A stretch of 64,000 bases of DNA, taken from NCBI RefSeq assembly GCF_001194135.2, contig NC_068992.1:37079360-37143359 (forward strand), in the 5' to 3' direction. Positions 1 to 12,489 of this stretch are shown here, piece by piece (positions within the stretch are counted from its first letter, which is position 1; the number at the start of each line of letters is the position of its first letter). The notes under the pieces were generated by a model. The model was not told the DNA's origin. It saw nothing but the letters and a program-made list of their open reading frames with translations, and searched no databases. The translations under genes and the position numbers were made by a program. Source of the stretch: Octopus bimaculoides. Taxonomy: Eukaryota.

Positions 1-175
1 CCTCCGTCTTCCCTTCTTTGGACTTTCCTATGTTTCCGACGAAGAGCTCCGCTCGAAACGTCAAATTCTCTTTTTTTCCTTTCCCGAGCGTCCAGTAACA
101 CAATATCTGTATCACATCCTTGCGTTGTTGTTGTTGTTTTTTTTTTTTTTGTCGTTTTCTTTTTTGAACTTATGT
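1..175 (+). mobile_element. 3' tail of a PLE-type/non-autonomous repeat carrying a hammerhead-like motif, ending at (TA)n
   Basis: CCGACGA-A-GAGC(TCC)GCTC-GAAAC-GTC motif, then a pyrimidine-rich tail abutting a TA microsatellite. Confidence 0.55.
32..66 (+). ncRNA. Minimal type-I hammerhead-like motif (U4C core variant)
   Basis: Stem I GUUU/AAAU, core CCGACGA, stem II GAGC/GCUC, GAAA, palindromic ACGU stem III, GUC cleavage triplet. Confidence 0.55.
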
Positions 176-184
176 ATATATATA

Positions 185-370
185 TTACTCTTTCACCATT
201 GCAATTGTTTCAGTCATTTGACAGCAGTCATGCTGGAGCACCACCTTTCGCTGAGCAGATCGACCCCAGGACTTATTCTTTGTAAGCCTAGTACTTATTC
301 TATCGATCTCTTTTGCCGAACCGCTAAGTTACGGTTGTCAAGCGATGTTGGGGGCACAAACACAGACACA
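185..370 (-). mobile_element. tRNA-derived SINE, 3' half
   Basis: Reverse complement of the SINE body at 11015-11200 (…ggttcggc…gatagaataagtactaggctt…gctccagcatg…cagtcaaatgactgaaac). Confidence 0.85.
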
Positions 371-373
371 CGA

Positions 374-420
<47 letters not shown>

Positions 421-556
421 GATAGATAGATAGATGTGTGTGTGTGTGTGTGTGTGTTTGTCTATGTATGTGTGTATGTGGAACATACGTGTATATGCAC
501 GTTCATATTACAAATATATATTAGCGGTAACATAAAGTTGATAAGCACACAATAAT

Positions 557-559
<3 letters not shown>

Positions 560-589
<30 letters not shown>

Positions 590-651
590 AAGAAGAAGAA
601 GAAGAAGAAGAAGAAGAAGAAGAAGAAGAAGAAGAAGAAGAAGAAGAAGAG
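560..651. repeat. (GAA)n microsatellite
   Basis: About 30 perfect AGA/GAA units. Confidence 0.98.
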
Positions 652-699
652 ATATACACACACAATGACAAATACGATCGATATGTAAAGATGCACGCG

Positions 700-2383
700 T
701 AGCTGTAGGCAAGTTGGACACCATGATACATGTGTCTACATATATCAGCTGTAAAATATAATTAAATATCAGGTAGATTGGAAAGTAACATAAAACAGTA
801 TTAATTAAAATAGGTAAGTGGGGAGTTGTTAGGGACATATTATGCAAATAAAATAAGTTAAAAAAAAGATAGGTATATTATATACTAAGGGAAGAAATTT
901 AAAAAAATATTGAAAGAAAAGGAGGTGTAGGGAGCTTTAGAGAAAGTGTTAGCCCAATATATGGGGGATCATGTAATTATTAGAGGGAATAGTTAAATAC
1001 TAAATATATGTTAACATAGTGTAAGATATAATGATGTGCAGAAGATGTGATGAGTAATCGAATTCCATATACAGAGTTAATATATAGAGATATTTTTAAA
1101 AGATAGAGATATTTGAAAAAGGAAATGTTATTAAAAAAATTCAAGTAAGGGAGGAGGGAAGAATTATTTAAAATTAATAAAAAGGAATTTGGTCACGTGT
1201 TTACATGAAAAAACTTTTTCGTCCCTAGTATTAACCAGATGTTTACTCATTCTCATTATATTGTAGCTTTCTTCCAAACATAACCTACAAATTTTGTCAT
1301 TATATCTATAAGAGGGAGCAGAAGGTAGGATTTTCCAAGATATTGAGTAATCAGTATTGTTTCTTTTTAGTTGCCAATTTTTTTTCAAATAGACCTGGAA
1401 GATTTATGATTATTGATTCGTGATTTTATAGAATTTTTCGTGCAACCAATGCATATATATTTAGAGGAGTTATGTGTAATAATAATACTTCTTTCATTTT
1501 GCAATTTCTATCTACTTCACAAGTATTTGGGTCTCTGAAATTACAATTTGAATTATTGGATGATACTATGGTGTTTTGTCTATATTTATTAGGGATAATG
1601 GAGTTTTGGTTGTTATCATAATAGTAGTTGTTAGTTATAGAATTATTGGAGTTGCTAGGTATATTTGATGAAGTTTTTTTTTTTTTATTATAGAATAGGT
1701 CTAGTTTATTATTGTTAAAAGAGGAGATTATCCTAAAAAGGTTTGGAAAAAAGGGAAAATCCAAATCTGATTTTTTTATTATTAAATATTTTTGCATATT
1801 TGGAGCTTTTAAAGTTTTTATTAATTATATTTCTAATGGATCTAATAAAATTAGATTTTAGGTGCTTCGCAAAAGGTATTAGGATCCAAGTAGTGTTATT
1901 ACTGTTTTCTTTATTATAGTAATGGGTTATGTTTGGTGGGTCAGCTATTCTCACGCAGGGTATTGAATTATTTTTTGCTATTTTATTCCTATCTATATTA
2001 ATATGATTTCTGTTGTCATGTGTATTATTGGATGGATGAGATTATTTTCATTTTTTATGTATTTTGGTTTAATATTCTTATTTTTATCTATAATTAAGCA
2101 TTTTTGGTTTGTTGTCAGTATTCTTGGTTTATTAATATTAGTATTATTGTAGTTAGTAAGATGGGAACTGCTAAAATTAATATTACTTTTTCTTTTAATA
2201 AAGTTTTGGTTATGGTGTGCGTACTGATTAAGTTTATTAGTATGTCTATTGTACTTAATTTCATATTTATACACTGCCTTCTTAAGTGCTAGGTTATAGT
2301 AGTCTTTATGTTTGTTAAAAATTTCTTTGTTAGATGATAATAGATTAATTCTTGTTTCTATGTTAGTGCTCAGGTATGTAGTT
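700..2383 (-). mobile_element. Penelope-like element, 5'-truncated and frameshifted (RT thumb, Cys-rich linker, EN C-terminus, 3' region); possibly Hydra-clade type
   Basis: ORF pieces RINLLSSNKEIF…YYNLALKK (thumb), WILIPFAKHLKSNF…KIFNNKKIRFGFS, CNFRDPNTCEVDRNC (linker), YSISWKIL…CRLCLEE…VNTRDE…CKH..KFL (EN end). Confidence 0.85.
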
Positions 2384-2438
2384 ATATATATATATATATA
2401 TATATATATAACTACATACCTGAGCACTAACATATATA

Positions 2439-3228
2439 NNNNNNNNNNNNNNNNNNNNNNNNNNNNNNNNNNNNNNNNNNNNNNNNNNNNNNNNNNNNNN
2501 NNNNNNNNNNNNNNNNNNNNNNNNNNNNNNNNNNNNNNNNNNNNNNNNNNNNNNNNNNNNNNNNNNNNNNNNNNNNNNNNNNNNNNNNNNNNNNNNNNNN
2601 NNNNNNNNNNNNNNNNNNNNNNNNNNNNNNNNNNNNNNNNNNNNNNNNNNNNNNNNNNNNNNNNNNNNNNNNNNNNNNNNNNNNNNNNNNNNNNNNNNNN
2701 NNNNNNNNNNNNNNNNNNNNNNNNNNNNNNNNNNNNNNNNNNNNNNNNNNNNNNNNNNNNNNNNNNNNNNNNNNNNNNNNNNNNNNNNNNNNNNNNNNNN
2801 NNNNNNNNNNNNNNNNNNNNNNNNNNNNNNNNNNNNNNNNNNNNNNNNNNNNNNNNNNNNNNNNNNNNNNNNNNNNNNNNNNNNNNNNNNNNNNNNNNNN
2901 NNNNNNNNNNNNNNNNNNNNNNNNNNNNNNNNNNNNNNNNNNNNNNNNNNNNNNNNNNNNNNNNNNNNNNNNNNNNNNNNNNNNNNNNNNNNNNNNNNNN
3001 NNNNNNNNNNNNNNNNNNNNNNNNNNNNNNNNNNNNNNNNNNNNNNNNNNNNNNNNNNNNNNNNNNNNNNNNNNNNNNNNNNNNNNNNNNNNNNNNNNNN
3101 NNNNNNNNNNNNNNNNNNNNNNNNNNNNNNNNNNNNNNNNNNNNNNNNNNNNNNNNNNNNNNNNNNNNNNNNNNNNNNNNNNNNNNNNNNNNNNNNNNNN
3201 NNNNNNNNNNNNNNNNNNNNNNNNNNNN
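2439..3228. other. Assembly gap (N run); others at 6615-7239, 10534-10643, 28184-28414, 49357-49438 and 58730-58738
   Basis: Runs of N, mostly flanked by (TA)n or other microsatellites. Confidence 1.
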
Positions 3229-3611
3229 GTAGTGACAGGTAGAGGCGAAGAACAGTAGAGGGAAGAATGAGAGGGGGAGATAGAAATAGAGAGAGTCGCG
3301 TTAGAAAAATAGTTAAAACTTACTGTATAAAGGTAACGCGTGCGTTCTGTGATACAAACAATATATGAGTATATGCATATATATGTACATGTATGTATAT
3401 ACGTTCATCTACATGTACATATAGATACATAACTGGGTACATGACGTGGCAAAAGAACAAGGACAAAATGGTAAACAAGGTGCAACAAACAAGCAGGCCA
3501 CATAGAAACATCCCCTTCATCAGCTGCCACCATTAAAACTCCGGCGTTTCGAAGAATTAAGGCAGTACGCATCGTTAAAATGGTTCTTCCATCGTTAAAA
3601 CGGTTCTTCCG

Positions 3612-6510
3612 GTCAGCCATCTGCATTTCATTGCCAACTTAGCAATATGGAAGGATGAATCATTACTTATGTAAATGCCCAGGTCTCGCACTGACTGTGT
3701 CCCTGGGATTGCAACCCCTCCGTGTCCAGTGTATTTTATTGGTATTGCAGTTAGCATAGGGCTTGGAACTTTTCAGCATTCAACTGCATGCTGTTCTTCT
3801 TAGCCCACTTGTATGTTTCATCTAACTCATGTTGCAGGTGCTTAGAGGCTTCAGGGTTCTGTATCACCTGTGAGACTTTTGTATCATCTGCATAACTTGT
3901 GACCGTGGCTCTCTATATGGCTAGGAGGGTCATTATAAACCTGAGAGAGTCATTACATATAAACAGTAGTGATCCCCAAACAGTACCTTGCGGAACACCG
4001 ATCAATATTTGCGTACCATTGGAGGTAGCCCCATTGGCTACTACTGCTTGACTTCAGAAAGTCATGCAGCCATTCTCCCAATTTCTCGACTATGCCGAGA
4101 TCACGCAGTGATCGACGTTGTCGGAGGCCTTTGCAAAGTCGAGATATATCACATCCATATTTGAGTGGTTGAGGAGTTCTTTCAACACCCAATCATAATT
4201 TTGTAAGAGCTGAGTTATGCGGCTTCTTCCTGGTCGGAAACCATGTTGGGTGTCAGTCAGCAAGTCATTTTCCTCAAGGAAGATGACTAGTTTTCTTCTA
4301 ACTATTCGTCCCATGACTTTGCTGATGTGCGAGGTCAGAGAGATAGGTCTGTAGTTTTTGGCCTCTGCTCTGCTGCTTCCTTTATGAATGAGCATATTTT
4401 ACCTTCTTTCAGCTTGTTTGGAAATCTGCCAGTTGCAAAGAAGCTCTGAAAGAGAGACTGCAGTGGTTTTGTTAGGACTCGATTACATGATTTTAGAAGG
4501 ACTGCTGGGAATCCATCAGAGCCAGTGGCTGATTTCGGGTTCATCTCGTCTATAACCCTCTTTACGTCGTTTTCTTTGATATTGATGTAATCAATCATCA
4601 CTACCTCTTTTTTTTTTGTATCTGCGGTGGCGAAAGATTCAGCTACATTGCTGACTTGCAAGTGTCCTAGGGGTGGAGTGAAAACACTTTCGAATTGCTC
4701 ATTTAGTATTTCACTTATCCCCATTGGGTTTCCTGTGAGAGAATCATCTTTTTCGAGGTGTAACTCTACTCTGCAGTGCACTGAAGTTGTTTCATTAGCA
4801 AACTTGTAGAAGGCTCTAAGGTTATATTTTATATTGTCCATAGCTCAGGCCTCTTTGTCTGCTCTTTCTTTTTCATGGGAGAGTTGCAGATTTTTTCAAT
4901 CTCCATCAGTTGTATTTTCAGGCGGGATTTTTCACTGCTTTCTTTTTTGCTGTTTAAGCGATTTGAAATTTTTGTACGCCGACTCAAAAGAACTTTCCTC
5001 TCCCTGGGGATTTTGTTCTTGTGTACAATGGCCTTTCTCTCCGGGACACATTTGTAGCATATGGCTTGCATTACAGACATGAATTGTTGAAGTTTCATGT
5101 CGATGTCCGGTGAGTAGAGGCATTTAGTCCAGTTTTGTCTGGGGATTTCTTTCTCAGTTTGTTTCCAGTTTGCCTTATGGAAGTTCAAACTAGAAAGATT
5201 TTGAGAATTTCTTGTAGGTTGCATGTCTATGATTTTCTTTGGTCCGTACATAGTCAGCTCTACCATGTTGTGATCTGAGAGTAGCGTCGGTGTCACTTTC
5301 ACATTATGGAGGAGATCCATATTATTTGTGAAGCAAAAATCCAGTATATTACTTGCCCTGGTTGGATGGAGTACTATTTGTTCCATGTACAAAGTATTGA
5401 TGAGGTTCAGGAGGGACTTAACCTGTTCTTGTTCGCAACGCGCCATTCATGGAAGGGAAAGGCCCTCAGACCATCCGACATTAGGCAGATTGAAGTCTCT
5501 CATAAAAAGTACACTTATGTGTTGTTCTAATGTAACTAGAACTTCTGTTTTTGTAAGGCAGTTTTCAAACTTGGACGCATGGTTCGGAGCATCTGGAGGG
5601 CGATATGTACTACATCGAGTTGTCTTATATGTACAATTAGTGTGTCACATACTGAATTTGAGTGTGACAAAAGAACCTGGGGTGTGAGGTCTTCGTGGAT
5701 GTACATAGCAACTCCACCGTGACTTATTTCTTTTCTGTCGGTCTGTAATACGACATACTGTGGTATGTGTATTTCTGTATTTGCTATATCTGGTTTTAAG
5801 TGCGTTTCCGTAAGTGCTATGCATAAAGCTTGATTGCATGCAACAAGGTCTCTCAGAAAAGGAATTTTAGTCCTGTTGTGAAGTGTTAACAGTTCTCTGA
5901 TGTTCAGTAAGAGCACCGATTTAATGTCTGTGTTGTTGTCAGTGGCGTCCACTTTGAGTTCATTTACTGTGGTGGTCTTGTGTATTGTATCATCTGTGCT
6001 ATACAATCTTTTGTGCCATGTACAGAAAAGATTGTTGTTCAGTAGCTGCCATTTCAACATGTTGAGAGCACTGGTTTGCAACGCGCTCTACATCTGCGTA
6101 TTTCCATTTTGGGGTAGGTGGTACGTAATCCTTTCTTTTTGGCAAATAGTTTTCACCATGTTTCATGTTGGTGCGGCAGGGTTTTTGGAGTGCAAAACGG
6201 CAGTTTGCACCTCCCTCTCCATGCCAGCAGACACCTTTCAAGTAGAATTTATATATTAGTGTGTGCTGTCTCTTTTTAACCTTTATATTGTTATATGGGT
6301 AGCCAGACTTGATCCTTTCTTCGGCTGTTTCATCTTTTGTTTTCGTTTTTGCTATTTTGGTTGTCCTTTCTTGGCTCTTTCTCCTCCTCGGTTTTTCACT
6401 ATGATGGTGATAGAGGTACTTGCACTTGGGTTTTCTTTCCTGGCAAACCCTATTTTATGTTTACTAATTGTAGTAGTTATAATTTGTACTTGTAAATTGT
6501 GTATTAATTA
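3612..6510 (-). mobile_element. CR1-like (Jockey-group) LINE, degenerate: CCCH-type Zn finger, APE endonuclease and RT; 3' end missing
   Basis: YLKGVCWHG…NCRF (Zn finger); LLNIREL…IALTETHL…HGGVAMYI (APE); HPTRASNILD; SATGSDGFPA; NYRPISLTSHISK…QHGFRPGRS…YLDFAKA (RT); VRDLGIYI. Confidence 0.9.
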
Positions 6511-6554
6511 GTACAATATTTTTAGTGAATATTATAAATTAAAATTAATAGAAA

Positions 6555-6614
6555 TTAACAGTTGATTCATACCACCTCTGGATCCCTTCCATTTTTCTTA
6601 TTGTCATATATATA
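6555..6614 (+). mobile_element. Short 3' tail shared with the element at 9984-10250, ending in (TA)n
   Basis: attaacagttgattcataccacctctggatccc.tccatttttcttattgtcatatata occurs at both 6555 and 10191. Confidence 0.75.
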
Positions 6615-7849
6615 NNNNNNNNNNNNNNNNNNNNNNNNNNNNNNNNNNNNNNNNNNNNNNNNNNNNNNNNNNNNNNNNNNNNNNNNNNNNNNNNNNNNNN
6701 NNNNNNNNNNNNNNNNNNNNNNNNNNNNNNNNNNNNNNNNNNNNNNNNNNNNNNNNNNNNNNNNNNNNNNNNNNNNNNNNNNNNNNNNNNNNNNNNNNNN
6801 NNNNNNNNNNNNNNNNNNNNNNNNNNNNNNNNNNNNNNNNNNNNNNNNNNNNNNNNNNNNNNNNNNNNNNNNNNNNNNNNNNNNNNNNNNNNNNNNNNNN
6901 NNNNNNNNNNNNNNNNNNNNNNNNNNNNNNNNNNNNNNNNNNNNNNNNNNNNNNNNNNNNNNNNNNNNNNNNNNNNNNNNNNNNNNNNNNNNNNNNNNNN
7001 NNNNNNNNNNNNNNNNNNNNNNNNNNNNNNNNNNNNNNNNNNNNNNNNNNNNNNNNNNNNNNNNNNNNNNNNNNNNNNNNNNNNNNNNNNNNNNNNNNNN
7101 NNNNNNNNNNNNNNNNNNNNNNNNNNNNNNNNNNNNNNNNNNNNNNNNNNNNNNNNNNNNNNNNNNNNNNNNNNNNNNNNNNNNNNNNNNNNNNNNNNNN
7201 NNNNNNNNNNNNNNNNNNNNNNNNNNNNNNNNNNNNNNNATATATATATATATACATTGATTTTCATATTATTAATGTATTTTGACCTGACGATTAGCTA
7301 TATTTTTGAATAGAATTGATTTTTGATCGATATATTTTGAATCGATTTGATTTTTCATTTTTGATTTCTTTATTTTCTATTTGAAAATATGGTTATGAAA
7401 CACAAAAAATCTCTCAAATGTCATTATTTCTAAAAATAAACTTGGCATCATCTCTAAAAATAGCCAAACACCTACTGCTGCTGTCCAAAGGAATATGTAT
7501 AAAAGACAAAAGAACAGTCAGTCTACTACAGTACATCTGTCAGACTTGAAGACTGCCATGAGGCAGGAAAGTATAGTAGTCCTTATAAATTTAATACTCT
7601 ATATTCGTATATTCAATAAGACATTCAATACTTCATTTCATTTTACTATTTATATTATTTATTCCATATTCTATATCCCACATTAATTTTATAAGAATAT
7701 AAATAAAACATCAAAAACAGAGTTGGAACTCATTCAAATAATACACACACACACATATACATAGACACACACACACACACACATAGACACACATACATAT
7801 GCATAGACACACACATACACATATTCCATGCGTTAGAGTTCCTGTAGTG

Positions 7850-8560
7850 GTTCGTATTTTCCTTGCCTACAAATATACACATACATATAAACATATGATA
7901 TGTTTCCAGCTGAGGGCTTGAGATTATGGTCCACATTACGGGAGTGAACGTTTACATTAATAACTATGATAGAAGTTGATATTAAAGGTAGTAAATCTCC
8001 GAGTATTGACCAAGATACTGTATTAGTTTCCGTTATTTTGGGGTCAACAAGTTGCTGAATTCTTGTGTGTAGTGGGGAGGGGGTCACTGTCAGTCCCGTA
8101 ACCTAAATGGTCAGCTATTTTTTGAAAGGCCATGTCGCTGTTATGGTTGGTTAACAGATAACCTAAAAACAAACTAGATGAAAATATATAAATGCATAAA
8201 AACAAATAAGCCATGGTCAACTATGGGCAGGTAGAAGAGTAAAAATTAATATTAAGACTTGATTCGATAAGATAAAATTAATTTAAATTAAATCAAAATA
8301 ATATAAGTAAAGTGTGGATGAATGGATAAGTTAGTGAGTTCGATAGGTTAGAGTGATATGACTAAGGGGATGTGATCTTAATAGACTGCATACGAAAAAT
8401 AAGTTATAACAAAGGTATAAAACAGCATACAATAAATGTAATACATGTATCTGTCTAATTAGGTTAATCAATTGGGGCAGTACAGGGGAAGTTATATGTC
8501 GGAAGCTATAAGGACCAATTCCTAACAAGGGATAACCGACCAAAAGGACGGGATAGATTG
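7850..8560 (-). mobile_element. Highly decayed PLE 3' remnant
   Basis: NTVSWSILGD resembles the YSISWKIL EN motif of the 700-2383 element; composition is similar to that element's 3' region. Confidence 0.35.
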
Positions 8561-9351
8561 TTTTTCAAAGTTGTCGTTTTTCATCGATAAAACTATGTTT
8601 GAAATATATTATATCAGATACAATACATTAAATGCAAGGCGCTATGCAAATAGTGTTGAGTTGTTCAATTAATCAACCAATCAGTCATTCAGTCCATTAA
8701 TAATTTGTCCATCTATTTATTCAGTTATTTAAGTTAGTGTTTTTTTGTTGTTGTTTTTTTCGCTAGAAGTAGAATGTTTATGTTGATATGTAAATATGCA
8801 CAGAATTTTTATCGGTAAGATTGTGCTTAATTGAAGGGGAGTAACTCTGGGATTTATAGCTAATAATTTCATAATAAAATACTTAATCAGATAGTTAACC
8901 AATCAACCAATTAGCCAATCAATCAATTAATTAATTAATCAATCAATTGGTTCTGTATTGGGATTGTATATTAATGCTTGCATCCATATACATACATATG
9001 CACACACACATACACAAATATATATTTGTGTATACATACATATACATATATATGTATATATAAATTCATGATCAAATGTAAAGGATAGCACTAAATATTG
9101 TTATTACTCTGTATATTTGTGGGGTGTAATTTAATTGTTTAATGTTATTATAAAGGTTGGGCTAGTCTATGTGTATTTGTGAAAGGTACATTAATAGACG
9201 GGTTGCTAATGCTATTGCCTAAGCCATGTCTGTGTATATTATTATTATCATAAGTATAAGAAATCATAACATCTGTATAACATCTGTTAGTATCCATATC
9301 TGTTCATACTCATGGTCCAACCATTCCAAATATAAATAAATTATAGGTATG

Positions 9352-9405
<54 letters not shown>

Positions 9406-9690
9406 AAGGTGTCATTCAAAAGTCTATCTTCAGATCTCCAAGTGCCCCAATACTAATACTAATCAGGTATACATTTACACCATAACCCATGTGTGCACAA
9501 CATTTTGTATGCACAACCATACTTGTCTTCACCTATACTCTAAAACTCCCTGCATATGCACACACTTTCATAAATACATGTATATGCCCATGTACATGAC
9601 AACATAAATATATCCATAGATCCAGCAATACTTCAATTAGAATACTAATCAGGTACATATTTTTATACCTAGATTAACGCGTGTACTCGA

Positions 9691-9721
<31 letters not shown>

Positions 9722-9983
9722 GCCAACCTAGTCCAAACCATCATGCTGAACTCCACATATTTATAGATGTGTATTTTCATTTTCAAAATACATGTGAGGA
9801 TATCTAAAACAAATCTATTTAATCCTAAATAGTTTGTGATATATACCCATAAAAGTATGAGCACATATCTATAGACACATATGTCCTAACTTATGGCTTG
9901 TGTGTATATATATGTGAGTATGTAAATGTATATTTATATATGCATAAATTAGCACTCTGAACTTTTTAGACCCTCTTCTAAAC

Positions 9984-10106
9984 TCTCTGATGAAGCCTTG
10001 AGACACAACCAGTACCCTAATTTTATTTACCGATCACTACAGTACACTGAAAAGATGGAAATAGCATGTGAGGTACTGTGACCTCTTGGCAGAAACTGCT
10101 GTAAGA
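9984..10106 (+). ncRNA. Hammerhead-like motif with a ~95-nt extended stem II
   Basis: UCU-CUGAUGA-A-GCC…(AGUACC/GGUACU inner pairing)…GGC-A-GAAAC-UGCU-GUA-AGA. Confidence 0.45.
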
Positions 10107-10316
10107 AACTGTTCTTCTTTCTCTATTCCAGAAATTACTGATACTTTACACTTGTATATATATTCTCATAAATGTTTAAAATAAATAGACATTAACAGTT
10201 GATTCATACCACCTCTGGATCCCCTCCATTTTTCTTATTGTCATATATATATATATATATATATATATGCATGTATGTATGTATTTATTTATATATGTAT
10301 GTGTGTGTATGTTTGT

Positions 10317-10517
10317 GTGTCTGTATTTATCCCCCACCATAGCTTGACAGCCAATGCTAGTGTGTTTACATCCCTGAAACTTAGCGGTTCGGCAAAAGAG
10401 ACCAATCGAATAAGTACTAGGCTTGCAAAGAATAAGTCCTTAGGTCAATGATTTGTTTGACTAAAGGCGGAGTTCCAGCATGCCAGCAGTCAAATAAGTG
10501 AAACAAATAAAAGAATA
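10317..10517 (+). mobile_element. tRNA-derived SINE, 3' half
   Basis: Similar to 11015-11200. Confidence 0.8.
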
Positions 10518-10734
10518 TATATGTGTATATCTTNNNNNNNNNNNNNNNNNNNNNNNNNNNNNNNNNNNNNNNNNNNNNNNNNNNNNNNNNNNNNNNNNNN
10601 NNNNNNNNNNNNNNNNNNNNNNNNNNNNNNNNNNNNNNNNNNNTATACATATACATATATATATATATATATATACATACACACACACACACATACATAT
10701 ATACATACATCTATATATGTAAGTGTGTAATGGT

Positions 10735-12201
10735 GACTGTCTGTGTTTGGGGGTTATTCTAACTCTTCCCACACCATCCAACCGATTTTAATGATTTTTG
10801 GCACATAGGCGTGGGAATGGCTGTGTCGTAAGTAGCTTGGTTCCTGGTTCAGTCCCACTGCGTGTTACCCTGGGCAAGTGTCTTCTACTATAGCCTCGGG
10901 CTGACCATAGCCTTGTGAGTGCATTTGGTAGACGGAAACTGAAAGAAGCCCGTCGTATATATGTATATATATATATATGTATGCGTGTGTATATGTTTGT
11001 GTGACTATGTTTGTCCCCCCAACATTGCTTGACAACCGATGGTAGTGTGTTTACGTCCCCGTAATCTAGTGGTTCGGCTTAAGAGATCGATAGAATAAGT
11101 ACTAGGCTTCCAAAGAATAAATCCTTGGGTCGATTTGCTCGACTAAAGGCGGTGCTCCAGCATGGCCACAGTCAAATGACTGAAACAAGTAAAAAGAGTA
11201 AAAAAAGAGAGTATAGGTAGATCACATGCCCTGAAGTTCAAATAAGGCATCGATTTTTGTAAGCTCAATCGGGCGTTTGAATGGAAATTCCCATAGCGAT
11301 GTTATTTGTCCTGCAGCTTTTGCATTTTTTGTCCAATTTTGATGAAAATCGATGAGTGAGCGAGACTCATGGCAGTGAGTTGATGTCAGTATATGGTGTT
11401 GACAAAAAATCGATAATTCCACCTGAGCAATGGTTTTATAAAATCAATAGGCTTTTTGCATGCAAATTCCATAGGGATTTTACTTTTGGCTGTAACTTTT
11501 ATATATTTTAACCGATTTTAATGACATTTGAGATGTAAATAAATTTTGTGGTTTGGGGGCGGTAAAGGTGTTTATTTAATTCAAAAGGGCTTGAAATGGG
11601 CACATATGCCAATAAGCATTTCCATAGAGACATTCTTATCGATTTTATAGAAATATTACATGTGATGCCTGCATGAAAAGTTGACAAAAAATCGATAACT
11701 ACGTGTGAGCGGTGGATTTTAAGAAATCAATAGGATTTTTGTATGCAACTACCCATAGGATTAATATTTTATGCTGTAACTTTTACAGAATTCATCCGAT
11801 TTTGATGAAATTTGACATTTAGATAAAGTTTATGGTCTGAGTAATGTAGTAGAATTAAAATTAAACTGGTGAAAGGCAGATATCATCATAACTTACTCAC
11901 AATAGAATAATAAACTGATTTTGAAGAAAATTGACCCATGAGTAAAATTTCGACATATGAAACATCGATTATTCATATACTGTATTGGGATTTAAAAGTC
12001 AATTGGATATTTTCATGTAAATGGTCACATGGATTCTATTTTATGACATAACCTTAACACTTTTCTTTGGATTTTGCTGAGATTGGACATGCTGATCAAT
12101 TTTGTATAGAAGATGGCATTAACGGGAGAGAAATAAACAAACATCACTCTCAACAAGTCGAGGTACATTCAAAAGTTTGACTGCGAGTTCAGACGGTCTA
12201 G
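10735..12201 (+). mobile_element. Probable non-autonomous Helitron/HINE-like element with ~280-bp internal repeats, interrupted by a SINE
   Basis: Starts gtctgtgt…ccgattttaatgatttt; recurrent gttgacaaaaaatcgataa and ccgatttt(a/g)atga motifs (11398 vs 11679); ends gacggtCTAG|T. Confidence 0.45.
10806..11212 (+). mobile_element. Near full-length tRNA-derived SINE with an internal (TA)/(TG) microsatellite
   Basis: Head ggcgtgggaatggctgtgtcgtaag…ggttcagtcccactg (A/B boxes), CORE-like ctgggcaagtgtctt, conserved body and A-rich tail; seen in several copies in the window. Confidence 0.9.
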
Positions 12202-12489
12202 TATGTAGGAGCCTGTCGAAAGCGTTAACTGGGTAAAATCCCTGCAGAACCAGATATAACATTTTAATGGGTAATAGCTTGCACGGGGAACGTAGAAGAT
12301 TTCAATACAAGGTCAGAGGTGGGCTTAACTTCAATACGGAAAACACGAGCAATGCCGGATCCAACAGATAGTATATACATATATTCATATATATACATAT
12401 ATATAAACATATATATACATATACATACATATACATATATATATATGTATATATATATATATGTATGTATGTATATATATATATGTATA

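Noticed and set aside
125-847. ORFs with poly-S/F/L and HT/IY runs (similar ORFs at 18171-18447, 36561-36805, 52588-52983 and elsewhere)
   Set aside because: Translations of microsatellites, not genes
2312-3232. Long ORFs in the track full of X
   Set aside because: They span N gaps, so they are artefacts
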